A stretch of 64,000 nucleotides of DNA from Ptychomitrium polyphyllum (GCA_973851085.1 OZ316776.1:13268001-13332000); one strand, 5' to 3'; counted from the first letter of the stretch, positions 29,400-49,756 are shown. Notes: a model not told the origin generated them from the letters alone. Numbers and translations: made by a program.

Positions 29400-29505
29400 G
29401 GCTGATGGTCTCTCTCAGCGGCAGCAACAACAGCAACAACAGCAACGCCAACCGAACTGAACTCTCTCTACAGCTGGAGCGGAAATAAATAAAGCTGCCC
29501 GGAGT

Positions 29506-29538
29506 TGACGTCATCAGTGCGACGTTCTAGAACTTTCC
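29506..29538 (-). promoter_or_regulatory. TGACGTCA bZIP box (29506-29513) and perfect three-unit heat-shock element gTTCtaGAActTTCc (29524-29538) upstream of GRP94
   Basis: Exact nTTCnnGAAnnTTCn match about 125 bp 5' of the ATG; AT-rich TATA-like stretch at about 29483-29493. Confidence 0.7.
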
Positions 29539-29849
29539 TCGATTTCTATGTGACGCCCCGCTCCTGTACCGACTCATGGGATGCGTACCCAAACCCGCCA
29601 CCCTACACAAAACCACCCGAATCTACCAGAAGCGAACAATTTACTCTCCGACATCTACTCGAAGGGTATGTCAATTTTTGGTATAGTGACAGTATTGAGA
29701 CTACAACCCTCTGGTAAACTGGGTTTCCCAGCCGAGCTGGTGAAGGGTGGTATGAGATTGTTCGTTCTGACTACTCTAGTTGAGGTCCAGATCAACAAAA
29801 GATTTCAAGACGGTGATTGTTGCGTTGCGAGGGCGTGTAGAGTGGACAA

Positions 29850-29920
29850 TGATGTGGAAGTCGCTTCTCATTGGTCCGCTGTGGTGATTTCGCTCTGACG
29901 TGGAGGTGAGATCTGATTGG
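29850..29920. promoter_or_regulatory. Two ERSE/UPRE-like elements TGA(T/C)GTGG-N12-ATTGG
   Basis: TGATGTGG 29850-29857 with ATTGG 29870-29874; TGACGTGG (UPRE core) 29896-29903 with ATTGG 29916-29920. Confidence 0.55.
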
Positions 29921-29976
29921 CTGATAGGATAAGTAAGTGTCTATAGCAAGAGGTCTACCAAATATAGAATATTCTT

Positions 29977-30048
29977 ATCAGAGTGGCGCAGCGGAAGCGT
30001 GGTGGGCCCATAACCCACAGGTCCGAGGATCGAAACCTCGCTCTGATA
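29977..30048 (+). tRNA. Initiator tRNA-Met (CAT), nuclear
   Basis: ATCAGAGTGGCGCAGCGGAAGCGTGGTGGGCCCATAACCCACAGGTCCGAGGATCGAAACCTCGCTCTGATA. A1-U72 pair, CAT anticodon, GATCGAAA T-loop typical of eukaryotic initiators; oligo-T near 30084. Confidence 0.97.
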
Positions 30049-30374
30049 ATGCAGAGACATAGCCCAAGTTGCCATGATCTACATTTTTTCGGACAATTTC
30101 TTTAGATGAGTTAAGAGAGGATAAAAACGTTTATTTGTTTTTGTTCATACATCATCAATAATAATCCTAATGACATATTCTGTATAATATCGGTTTACTT
30201 GAATTCGCCGAGTCGGAATGTGCAAGAGAATTTGCTCTTTGCATGTAACACCCTTACAGAGAGCAGAATGGCTGTCTAGGTTTAGTGACCAGAAAAGAGG
30301 GCCGAGTCTTTGTCTGGGTTTGATGAAAGTAACAGAACAAAGTGGTGGTTCTCGTAGGCGAATCCCTAATCAGC

Positions 30375-36943
<6,569 letters not shown>

Positions 36944-38775
36944 CGCAGCAACCAGATCAGGCTCTACTGCAACGCCTCGAGTCCAGCCTCCCTGTGCGTT
37001 CCCAACCTCGCATGGCAGCGTCGCCCACACTCACACCACCAGTACCACTTACAGCACACAACGCCGTCGTCTGCTCCACTTCCCACAGGCCCGCCATAGA
37101 ATCTCCCGGGTATAACCCGGGTTCCGCACCAGTACCACCTGGATCTCGCACGCATGGTGCACACGGAGACGGGTCCCTGCGGAAGCGAGGGAATGAGTTC
37201 GACATGGTCATAGGAGCCGTTTCTCCAGCTTCGTGCGCAAGCTTCGTCAGTGTGGAGACCAGCGTTTTCTTTCTGGCTGCAAAAAAATGGTTTAGGTTGC
37301 ACTGTGACAGGAGGTTGGAACCACACCCAGTGAAGCTAGAGAAGTAGAGAAGTAACACTGGTGGGGATGGTGATTGTCTATAACATGTTTGTTCAAGCAA
37401 AATGATTTTGTTTGTTTTAATGCCTGTAAATTATGGAATGATTGGTATCTACTCAATAGCATAGTTTTTTCCTTTTTCTTCATAGCATTTTATATTCTTG
37501 GTATGTTTAATGGTATTCTTTTTGATACTGTGCTAGGATTTGGAGGCCCATTGTTGTACTGTTGAATATACTTGCGCACCCTAAAACAAGTTGTCGCATC
37601 TTATTCACAAAATCCTAAAATTATAACTAAATATGAAACACCCTCAAAAGCTCTTATTCACTTTTAAAAATTCTTATTTCAAAAAAACAAAAACATTATA
37701 ATGAAGCAAGAGAAGTAAAATAAAAGAATGTAGATAGTGGTTTATAAGAGATCTTTAGTCACCAACCAATGCAATTGTCAAATTATTTAGTGACAATTCA
37801 TTTTTAAATGCTATTTGCACATAGCATTTAAAAACTTATGTAGGGTGATAATATTTTGTATTAAAATTGTATTACGTGATATTTAAAGAATACCATAATT
37901 TTAAATACAATTCACAACCAAATAATACAAAAAAAATCCAAAATATCAAAACAAACAATAATAAGCAAATGAAATAACATTCCAACTATTATAATGTTTG
38001 AATCAGATTTAAATGAATTTCAATGCATTATATCATGAAATTATATTAATGAATGTTTAAAATACAAAAAACTCATATTCATTATTCACTTATTATATTT
38101 ATCTCTCTGAATTTTTGTTTTTGAAATCCAAAAAAGACAAAGGATATTTTTAAACTATACTTTAGCTATTTCTTTAAGTTGGGATTATTGGATTTAAAGT
38201 AATAAATAACTTTATTGTAAGCATCATTTAAATAAAAATTAATCATTGATCAAAAAAAACTATTTTTGTATTTCTAAGAGGAAATAATGATTATCTCCAT
38301 GTTAAACAAAAGAATAATTACATGTATTTTTAATCTTAGATTTTGAAACTTGCAAGAATTAATTTTTATGTTGAAAACAAGTGAGATATTTATTGCAAAC
38401 TTTAGTTATATATGGTACAAGTTTACAATATCAAGTATTATACCAATTATTATATTTTTTAATTAACTAATTAATACAACTTCTTATATATAGTTATGAT
38501 CTTTACATATAAAATAAAAATGATCTCCATAAATAAAATATTTCCATTCACAATGAGAATTTTTAAAAAAAAATGAAACATTACATTGTCATTCGACCAC
38601 ATATTACGCTAAAACCCATAATAAATGTACACTTTCCCTATCAAAACAAAACCAAATATTAAAATATAAAATATACTTAAGTTACAATGTTTCTTTATTT
38701 GACAATGTTTCATCAACATTCATTTAGGTGGTGCCTTGATTTTGAATAGATGTTGACCTTGCATTTATCAATATT

Positions 38776-41700
38776 TTAATCATCCTCAAATATTGGATTA
38801 AATTGAATGTGAGACTGGAATTCTGAAATTTGTGATGGCAAATTTGTTTTGGTGAACTCTATAGTTGAAGGCTCTATAGCAAACACTGGATTGGATTGAT
38901 CAGAGAAAGAATCAAATTCATCATCTGCTGGTGATGTTGTATCAGATGTTTCACTATAAATTTCTGACATAGCATCTTCAGCTAGCATCAATGATTTCTC
39001 TTTCAGTGAATTTTCGAGAGTGCATGTGGATGTGAGACCCACTATTTCTCCTGCAGTTGATGAGATTATTTGGTTTTTAATGATTCCACCTTCTAAATAG
39101 TCAAAAGTTGTCTCTCCGAGATTGCCAACTTTGCTTGATAACTTTGACTCTTTAGCTTTTTCGAAAGATGAACGCCTTTTATTGTAATCTTTATTCTACA
39201 AAAAAACAGATTCAATAACTTCAAATAACTCTCAATGCATTTTGAAGTACCTTAAATAAAACCTGAATGAAATTAAAATTTGTTTGGATGGAAATCAGAA
39301 ATAAACTTAATAAATGCTTTTTAAATCTTTATTATAATACTTCAACGTAAAATTTGTATCTTGAGCACTAAAATCTCACTAAACATTCTGCTCTCAACCA
39401 CTCTTCATTTTTTGGTTGAAACGTTCTTGAACTAAATGGTAGAATAAACTTTTGTTGGCATTGTTCATGACATGTTATGTCAAATGTTCCTTCTTCCTGA
39501 TGTCCAAAGTGAAGGTTGTGGTTCAGCTTAGATATGAAATTACATTCTAGTTGAGCAAAGAAGTCTTGTTTTATTTCATCATCAATAATGGAAGTATCAT
39601 TTGTAACAACACATGATTCATCATCCATTATTTTTGAATTTTCACAAACAGATTTAACTGTTGTAACGTGTCTCTTCCATCCTTCTTTACCATGGGTTTC
39701 AAGTTGCTCAACTATTTGTTGCAAAACAACTATACCATGATTGTTAAACACGTTACGATCATAGTTTATTTCACTTTTGGCACAAATATTTTGAATCTCA
39801 GCGGATACTTTGCTTTGCTTATCATTAAATGTCCATTCATCTTTTTTTAACCTTTCAAAGTTCAATGAACATGGTAATGATTTTTCAAAAGTCGAAATGC
39901 TTTCTTGTGGGTTTATATCCATTGCCGTCATAGTATTAATTGAATGAAATATTCTATCCATTTTCATACTTGAATCATGTATTAAAAATTCTTTTTTTCC
40001 ACTTTTATCATTCATGATTTCTTCCAGAAGCAATTTGTCACATGTTTTCTCAAACTTAACATGTTTGCCTTCAAGTGTTTTGATATTTCTCACCTCCAAT
40101 TCAGTGTTGGAAAATTTTGAAGGATTTTTTTTACAATTACAATTTTCAATGCTAAGCATGCTTTGGTGTTTTTTGTCAACACCATGTTTTGGCAACAATT
40201 TTGATTCCTCTATAAACATATTAGAATGTACTTGAACATCTATATGTGGTTGTTTACAATTCAGGATTTTATTCTGATTAAGTCCTTCTTCAGTTTTAGA
40301 AATTTCTTTCACCGGAAATTCCTCTGAAGATTTTTCAAGTACTATTGATTCACTTTCAAGGGCATTGTTTGTACTAGATGATTTCCTTGATGATAATTTG
40401 TCTGTTTTGCACTCAATCAAGTTCTTAGGCTTGTTGGCCTTTGAAATGTTTAAAAATCTTGGTATTGGAGGCTCATCATCATCAGAAGAATATATAAAGT
40501 TTAAATCTTGTTGTTTTTTTGTATCAGTAAGAGGTTTTCCATTTTTTTCATTTAATTTATATAGGGGCTTACATGCTTCTTCTTTTATCATATCATGTTT
40601 TTCTTTGAGCTCATTTTTATTGATTTGAACACCTTCAAGCTTAGATAAATCATCAACATTATCAACCCTATCATCAAGTTTTTGATGGAAGTCAAGTTTG
40701 TCACGCATAGTATTAATCTTCACATACTCTTTAACACAATTTGTCTTGAGTGACAACATTTCTTCAAACATAGACTTATTAATATTTCTACTAGGATAGT
40801 TGTCTTTTAATTTAAAAGCTAGAAACAATTTTTCTTTATTGCTTTCAAAAGTTGGTGTAACTTCATCATTTGTTAAATTATTTAATTTACAAGCCCCTAC
40901 TTCTGTACCAACTCGATCAATCAATGCCAAATTTTTATTATTCAAAGAAATACAATTGTTGGTAATTCTACTTGAATTATTAGTGTTGGAATATGTACAA
41001 TAAGTTTCCTTTGTTTTAAAGCTTTCAGTGGGATGACAAATAAATTCCTCACTAGCATTGTTTGATGATTGATGGTTATCACTCATCTTTAATTCACTTG
41101 TAGTGTTATGCAACATGTGTTCTTTTGTATGACTATTCCACTCAATTTCTAAATCAATTTCTAAAACAGAAGTATTGAGAATCTTATAAGAATTTTTTTC
41201 AAGCTGATCTTGTAAGAAATTTGTCATTGATGAATTTTCTTCTTCATTGTCATATATAAATGGTCTTGGATTTAATTCATCATCATCAAATTGCAATAAA
41301 GGAGTTTCAATAGACATCATTCGTTCCTTTATAGCTTGTTCTCGTAATCTTTTCATTCCTATAATTCTAAGATATTATATTAATTAATGAACAGCATTAA
41401 ATATAATATTGAAACTATAAAAGACTTTCAAAAGACATACAATTTATTAAAGAATTCAATAATAATTTGACTTTGACGTTACTGTTATATAATATGATTT
41501 ATGTTCTTATGTTATGTGCAATTTTTTGTTTTATTCATTTAAAAAGCTGTATACCTTCAAATTGGAGTCTTTCATATTTTCGTATATTTTTAGATATTGT
41601 ATCTTGAGCTAATTTTACACCCTCCTCTCCACTTTTGGCCCTAAGATGATATAATTATTTTTTAATTAATTAAATTGATTACATTATTGAAACATAAATA

Positions 41701-44388
41701 TCTTATAATAATTCATGAAAATAAGTCTTCATACTAAATAAACTTTGAAAATTTATGGAAAACATTTAAATGATATTTTATGCATGTAAAATATTTTTAT
41801 TAAAAAATTATATATTATTTTAAAAAAATACAAATTATTTTAGATATATCTACCATGCATTAGCATAAATTCTTTCACTCCAAAAGATTGGAGTGTGATC
41901 CAAATATTTAAGCTTTGGCAAAGATGATATTATAGTCTATTTTTTGTTTTAATTTTTTTAAATTGGCTTAAAAGTTTAAAATTTTAAAATAGTTTAATCC
42001 ATAAACTTCATTAATTCAAATATAATGAAATCTTAATGAAGAAAGTTAAGAGAATTTGACATGTTGAGAATAAATCATATAATCATTTAAAAGGTCACAA
42101 GATTAAAAAAAATTATGATAGGATATAAATATCATATAATTGCCAAATTTAAACAATATTGATATATTTAATATAGAATGTAGTAATTTTCAAAAAAATT
42201 GCATACAAAAATCTAATATTTCAAAATTACGTAAAACAACATCTCAAATGATTATATCATAAATTGAGTTTTTTTGGTATTACCTTACGATAATATGGAA
42301 TATTACAAAGACATGGATTTCCTAAAAGGTATAAGCAAGATAACAAAGGCAATGCTTTTAAAACTTCTAGTAAATGTTCTCCATTTTCAAGTTTATTTTT
42401 GGATAAGTCTAGCACCCTGACAAATCTAGCTCGCTTCTTGAAGTGGCTCAAACATAAAGCATAGTTAAATAGTTTGTTAAGAATTTTACAAAAAATTGTT
42501 ATTATTAAATTTGATACAAATTATAGATAGATTCATCAAATTCTTCACATTGAAATCTTAAAAGTATTTGTAAAAACATTGATTTTGATATACAATAAAC
42601 ATTTTAAAATACTTCCTTTTTTATATAATATAATTAAAAATGACAACGTACCTTAAATTGTGGCATTGTTTTAGATGATTTATTGATTCATTTGACTTAA
42701 GTTGATTATTTGAAACATTTAAAGAAGTTAATAATGGACAACATGCCAAATTTTTCAACTTTGTCAATGCATTATCACTGCAATTCCACTTTTTAATTGA
42801 ATTTGGTATACATTTTTATAAATTTAATGATATCATCAATAAATCCTAAATTGTAATAAAATGTGATTTTTACAATTCTTTGAGACTTCTAATTTGTACT
42901 TCAAACTTAAAAAATAAAATCATAATATTTTTATAAAGCTCATAGATAGTCATACATTTGTTAAAAATCAATCTTTTATATTTCTTAATTCAAAATATAA
43001 TAATTTTTGTTATAAATGTCTAACCATGAACACCTAATATCTTACATGCATGCATATCTATTGGATTGTAAAACAAATATTATCACCCTTAAAGGAATTT
43101 ATTCATTTGTATTGCTGTATGTTCATATCTTTTATAAGATTCTTTTATATATTTTTATTATACTACTATTGATACTTTAATTTCAACTAATTTAATAGTA
43201 TTTATGTTTGATGTATTTAAAATGGTCATGTGTTTTTATTAGTAAATTTAAAAGTTATTTTTATCCAATTGTAAGCTTTGTAATAATTAATGAAATTATG
43301 ATGCTTCCAAAACTTTTAAGTTTCATACATCATAAGCAAGTTCTACTAATATAGTTAATAATGTGATATAATTAATGAATTTTTGTGTAAAATTTTATAG
43401 ATCAATTATTGTACATTATATGAATTCAAATTTGAAACAAAATAAAAATTCTTATACATTTGAATGCAAGCAAAAGTATTAAAATTCTTTACCTAAGGTC
43501 AAGTGAATCAAGCATCTTCATTTCATCAAGATGTTCAATTGTTGTTATGTTGTTTTTATGCAATACTCTGTATAAAATCATGTAAAAACACTAACTTTTA
43601 AAACTATAGTAAAAAGTTTTTCATATCGTTTTTGAATCAAAATACATAGATGTGTTTTTAAATTCAAATATGAAATTCATATTCATTTATTTCGTTATCT
43701 TTTTAATATATACATCTTTTAGAACTTTTGTGCCTCAATTCTTATATATGCTTGTAGAATGTATTCAAATAAAGTATTGTACCAAGATTAATCAAACATA
43801 TTCAAATAATTGTAATTATTATAATCAAATAATTATATATAAAGAAATAGGAAATTTAATAATAACTTATATTAACCATCAAAAATAAGGTACTACTTGT
43901 GTATAATAATTTTATAATTAATCTTATTTAATTATGGAAAGAAAATAAATGCATTCAAATTAAGCAAAGATTATATTACATACAAATTGCGCAATTTTGT
44001 CATAGGTTGTAAACCTGTAAGGCTTTCAATGCAATTACATTCAAGATATATTGTTTTTACTTCCTATTGCATTCATGATATCAATTCATCACTTAATCAC
44101 ATAATTATAAAATTACAAATATTTAAAAATAAGTTCTTTTTTATATTCTAAATTTGAATAATAATTTATGATTATATATATAAATGTATATAAATATAAA
44201 TATAAATATATATACATACATATATACATAGATAAAAATAATAATCTTACAGTGTATTCTTCCAAATTTTCAATAATAGAAAATCCTTGATTTTGTAAAT
44301 AAAGTTGATCATTAAGTGATGGTGTCCGATATTGCTTGTATTTTTTACATTGATCTTGTATCCAATCTTTGGTCATTATAATTGCCAT
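38776..44388 (-). CDS. DNAAF1: Dynein axonemal assembly factor 1-like LRR protein (ODA7/LRRC50) with long low-complexity C-terminal extension, 9 exons
   Basis: [105 protein letters not shown]. Splice junctions read through a 2-kb exon (about 39377-41358) and a final exon (about 39196-38776). Confidence 0.85.
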
Positions 44389-46390
44389 TATTTTTTATGT
44401 TATCTGTTCATTCGATTTATCAATAATAATTGTAAAAGCATTAATAATTTTACAACAGATTTAAAGTGTTACTGCAATATTTTCAATTCCAAATTAAAAA
44501 CTTGAAAATTTAAGTAATTAAATATCCATAATTTTAAGTAATGATATAGAAACAAAGTAAAATTTTTTATGCCACTATATAAAAATTAAAATTAAGTGCT
44601 AATTTCAATGTTAATTTAAATTGGTGCTTGAAAGAAACGATTTTGATTTATAATTCAATGCAGCAACAGTAGCAATTTTGTTAAAAACTTAAAATAAGCA
44701 AGTATCAAAAGTAGGATAAAAATTTCATATTCAAATTTTAAAGAAATTTCAAATAACATTAAAAAATATTCTTTACTTCACACTTTTCTTCTTACTCTGA
44801 CCTCCTTAACAATTAAAATATATGACAATATGGTGAATTATAGACTACAGTTTTAATTTAATTGCTCTTTCATGAATTTACATTTTTAATCTAAATAATA
44901 TTTGAGATGCACAACATGAGACATAAAGGTTAAAAGATGAAAAATGTTTCATCACATGTTTGATCTAGTATTTTTTGCATCATTTCTGAAAAATGAGTGT
45001 ATTTAACAAATTTATGAAGTACAACCTAGTAAATGTACACTTTTAAACTGAAATCTTAAATCCAATTAATAATCTAAATTGCATAGCATGAGGTACAAAA
45101 CATTTGTTTTGTAAAATAAACTAATGTTTAATGCATTGAACTTTACTGCCAACATATCTCAATGTTGCAATCAATATCACATGAATGTTGCATAAATATG
45201 GTGCAGAGTATACATGACTGTAGCCCACTTATTTCCTAAATATCACCTGCATCCCGTATAAGAAAACCTAAATTATGACAAATGGCCCTAAAACTTCATG
45301 TACAAAACCTTATTGAGCCACTTTTATAGCTTGGTAGAATTTAGCTTGAGATTGATTTTCATGATGTGAAGATCATTTCCCACAACCAAACATAATTCTA
45401 ATGAAAGTTCAAAACAGAAGGCCTTGCGTTTCATAGAGGCGAAATATTGAAATGCTGTGTGCATCATGACGACATGTAGGGCAAATATCGACTTTGCATC
45501 CATTGTCATTAATATTCACAAAGCCCTAGAACTTCAATAACCAATGGAATTGCAGCTTGGTACCGTAGGCCAGTCGGAGACGGCCACTGAACCCTCGCAC
45601 GAACAGGACACAGAGGCGATGGTCTGGTTGCCAAAACCTGAATCTCACGCGCTCGTAGAGTTTGCAAACGCACACAAGGTCACGCAAAAGATGGTTCAAG
45701 TGTTTGCTGAGGAGCGCGATGAATTGTCCACCCATCACATCACAAGTGTCGACCATCTGAGAGCCGATTGGATCATCGACGTCCATACAGTTCGCGAACG
45801 TTGGTGAATCGAGAACATTCCTGGAGCGTCTCTTGGCGCAGGGCAGCCAAGAGTAGCGGCTCTTGATGGTCAGAATTAGCGCGTCGACTTGAGCCGCTAA
45901 GTTTAGAAAATGCGATTTTGCGAAAGTCCGTTGAGACTAGGTCTGTTGAAGGCCATGTGAAGTTTCTTCGATTTATTGAGCAGAGAAGGGGAGATGCGAA
46001 GTGACTGAGGTTGCTGGTGCGAGGTTGCCATGGTCTTACAATGACAATGCGATGATTGGGTGTTCGTGAGCTTGGAGCATCGCACAAGCGTTGAGGTTAC
46101 ACTTCCTGCTATCGTCGCGGCGTTTGTTATCTTCAAATTGATGAAGGAGAGCGAAGAATGCAGGTTCGAGTGACGAGACAGGAGGGAGGAGGCGACGAGC
46201 TCAAGCATTGGTGGCATCGCGGCGAGGAGTTTTGAAGTGCACCGGTCGTTTACAGGGGATTACAAACGTTTTCCTTTCGTTGATGTGAAATTCGTGAGGA
46301 TTTCGGAAGGGCGATAGAGTTCTTACAAACAGGGGATAATTCTTCGCATGAAAAAATTAAAGCCGTGCGTGCGCTTTCAATTTGAGCAAT

Positions 46391-46842
46391 ATGGCGAAAG
46401 ATTTTATGCAAACAGTAATTCTGGACTCTCAGTTTCTCACGACAATTTGGCCGTATATAGTGTTTGTCATCATTGCCGTGACGTCTCTCCAATTCCTGAG
46501 GCTGGTAATCTCCACCGTCATTACAGTTCTCCGACTACTCCTCCGCTTCGTCGTGCTTGTGATTTCCTGGCCAATTTATCTGATCCTGTTGCCGGCTCGC
46601 GCACTTCTTTTTCTCACCAAGTTGGCGGTAAAGATCGCGTTCTATGTAGCCTTGGCCGCCATCTTGTACAGGCTTCTGGGAGGGGCAGTGAATACCGTGA
46701 TGATCAAGGAGACTTTTGGCGAGGCTTTACAGTATGTACAGGCTACTTTTTCGCGGCAATGACAAAGCATCATGATTTGTGATTACTAAGTAGTAGCTCA
46801 TTTGTAATGCACAATTGCAGGAAGCTGAAAGCGTTGTTTTAG
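46391..46842 (+). CDS. Small hydrophobic membrane protein (~120 aa), unknown family; one intron 46732-46820
   Basis: Long hydrophobic ORF with periodic Arg/Lys; donor GTATGT, acceptor TTGCAG; spliced end QKLKALF*. Confidence 0.55.
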
Positions 46843-48219
46843 GAAGTTTTACTTTATTATCATCCAACACATTTTTTAACGGCCGTGAAGTTTTGGTCCA
46901 ATTTGAATTTCTGTCAAACTTAACTTGATGACTGTTCCTGGGTGTTCATTGATGTAGAACACTCTTTGATGGCTATTGTCAGTGACACTGGTTGTTGCAC
47001 TTAATCGCAGCTTCTCGTATCTCTGGCTGGTTAAGGAATCGGTTTAAATGAAATGTAGGTCCAACGGTTGTTAGCTGACATGATGTGCAATCTAAGTTTG
47101 GATCAGGCTGTCAGTCTTGTCCTGCATGTCGGAGCCTTTGGCAAGATTCTTTCGTAGAACTCGAGTTATTGCTGAGGGAACAGATGACGGATAGAATAGG
47201 GCATGAGCATATTTAGCGTTGCAAGCCTTGGTTTGTGTCTATATCCTTGCAAGAAAACCCAATGACAGCATAGTAGGTGCAAAATCTTCTAAATGTATTG
47301 CTCAACTTTGTAAAGACTATCAGGTCAATTGCAACAGTGGACGTCCGACCTCCAAACTCAGTGTGGGTCGGATGTGATATAACAATTTGAAATATACAAG
47401 TTCTGTGAGTCACGTGTGCGTCAATTGAAGCTGCGGTTTTCGTTGTTTTTCGTACAATTTTTGGTTGTAGAATTATATCATTAGAAATACGTGCCATTAA
47501 GTTAATACAGAAGTTCAAGCGATTGTTGACACGGAAGTTCAGAACACCAGGGTTCGCTATTTTCGTGACGAGGACGACGTTGCCAAAGCTGTTACAATAC
47601 AAATGTAAATGACAATATGCTTCGTTTACCTTGTCTTAAATCAAGATGCAGCTAGAAGCTTGAGAATGTAGCATCCGCTGGCCGTGTACCTTGGTAACTA
47701 GGAGACTTACAATATGTTTGTATAACCAAATGGTGTGAGTAGAAAAGTCTCCGTCGATAAATTGAACATCACAATATATGAACAGATTTCTCTTGCCGAT
47801 TAAGTGGCAATGGTCCTACCTCTTTCCGTGTGCTTGACTTAGGGATTAAAAAGGTTGAAAACATTCAAGTTCTCCGTCTTATCATTTCTTAAGAATGTTT
47901 GCATGGACAATGGTTGACTAGGATTATGAGCTCATGGAATTACGAATTGTATGCTTTCAGTCAAGGACCTGGACCTGTGGTAAATCAAATCTGACTCATA
48001 TCTGACTCACCTTGCAAGAGAAACTAGAATACGAATCTACACAAAAGCCAACCTCCTAACAACTATAGTGTTACAACGATTTTGCAACATCCATAACCTC
48101 ACGACCTTTGAAGCAGGGCCCTACTCAAAAGTATAACTGAGAAACAGACACACGATTGTGTCTACCTCTGTAAGCTGCAAGACCATAGACCGTAATTTAT
48201 CATCTCCTTTTCAACACTC

Positions 48220-48744
48220 TTTCGCGAGGACGGTCGTCAAGAATCCCACGATCCGAACCTGCTTTCATGTTATCGAAGCCTATCACGCCATCGGGGCACT
48301 GCGCGCACGCCGCCTTGCGCTCCTAGATCTCCCAAACCACCTCCCACGCATCGTTGCACCCGAAAACGCGCAGCTTCCACATGCTCCACTGCCGCCCATC
48401 GTACTACCCGAGGCTGGTGCTACTGCTGCACGACGCCGTGCCCACCAGGAGGATCTTCCGCTGGATCACGTACTCCACCTGCTTCGCGATGTCCTGCTCC
48501 AACACAGCGGGCGGGTGTGACAGCATCTCCAGCTTCACGTCGTCGATTGGGTTCCGCACCTGCACCGCAGCCGCAACCACTTCACCAGGGCAGAAACCAT
48601 CAGCAAGCGTTACGAGACCTCCACGCATGCGTGTCTGTGTGTGTGTGCGTGAGCTCCCCATCCCGGCACCACATACATTTCGAAGTCATCGTACGCACGG
48701 TTGGTGCACGGTCTCAACACTCCGCTGCTGCGGACATGGCACTC
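48220..48744 (-). pseudogene. rbcS: RuBisCO small subunit pseudogene, left arm of inverted repeat
   Basis: Reverse complement of 51500-52024 with two mismatches found by eye; same degenerate rbcS translation. Confidence 0.85.
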
Positions 48745-49756
48745 ACCCACGCATCAATTCTTGCTCATGTAAACATCTTAAATACAACGTAATAGCCCAA
48801 ATAAACGGCAAACAAGTTCTTTCATGCATAGATTCAAAGTTTGAGGGACCTAGTTAGATATGTACACTCAAATGCAAAGATAGAAATAATTATTTTAAAA
48901 TCCTTGATATTTTTATTAAATGCAAGAACCATGATACCTTGTGATTAAATAAGAATTATATTATGGATTGTAGTAGTTTTTGAATAATGAATTAAGAAAT
49001 TGTTGAAGAAATTTAAATTTGATGAAAATCAACAATACTTAAGCATAAAGAAATCAATGTTAAATTAGACTTATGTTTAAATATGATCAAATATTAATTT
49101 TATAAGATTTCTTTTGTAGATGATGCATTATTTTATTCTTGCAAAGTTATTAATAACAACAAAGTATTTTGCATATAATAAACTTTAAAATTGGACATCC
49201 TTTTTATTATAGATCATAATTCTTTTCAATCAAATTACACCTTATAGTTATTATTATTTGATTTCAGATTTGTATATTTTCCTTCAATGTAACGTTTGAT
49301 TTTAATAGTCTATCACTTAGGTAGTTTAGATTCATATGAATTGTTTATGAGGTTAGCCATTTATAGACCTTGTTATTCAATTTTTATTTCATGTTCAGTC
49401 TTTTTACAATATATACACACAATGAAAACTACACAAAAAACAGTAAGTATAGTTCAAAGAGAACATGAATACAATTTGGTTTGTGGTTTGGAAGACTCAG
49501 GTGCTAGAAGTTGTATGTGCTAGAAGTTGCTGGATGCAGAATGTATGTGCAGCGAACAGCATATGCTGTGGCGTGGATGCTGTGTATCCATGCTGCTTCG
49601 GGCGCTCTAGGTTTCACGCGCTTTCTCTCTCATCGCAGGGGCGGTGCATCGCATCGTCTCCTCAGCTCCGCTCCGCTGGCCCCCTATGGGGTTGCATGAC
49701 TTCGTCCCATGCTTGAGTTCGTCACTTGCTTAGAGAACTTGGTTGCGGTGACGATC

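Noticed and set aside
45526..46217. Several moderately long ORFs on both strands in a GC-richer patch
   Set aside because: Could not build a consistent gene model or recognise any motif; may be a relic or the promoter of the 46391 gene.
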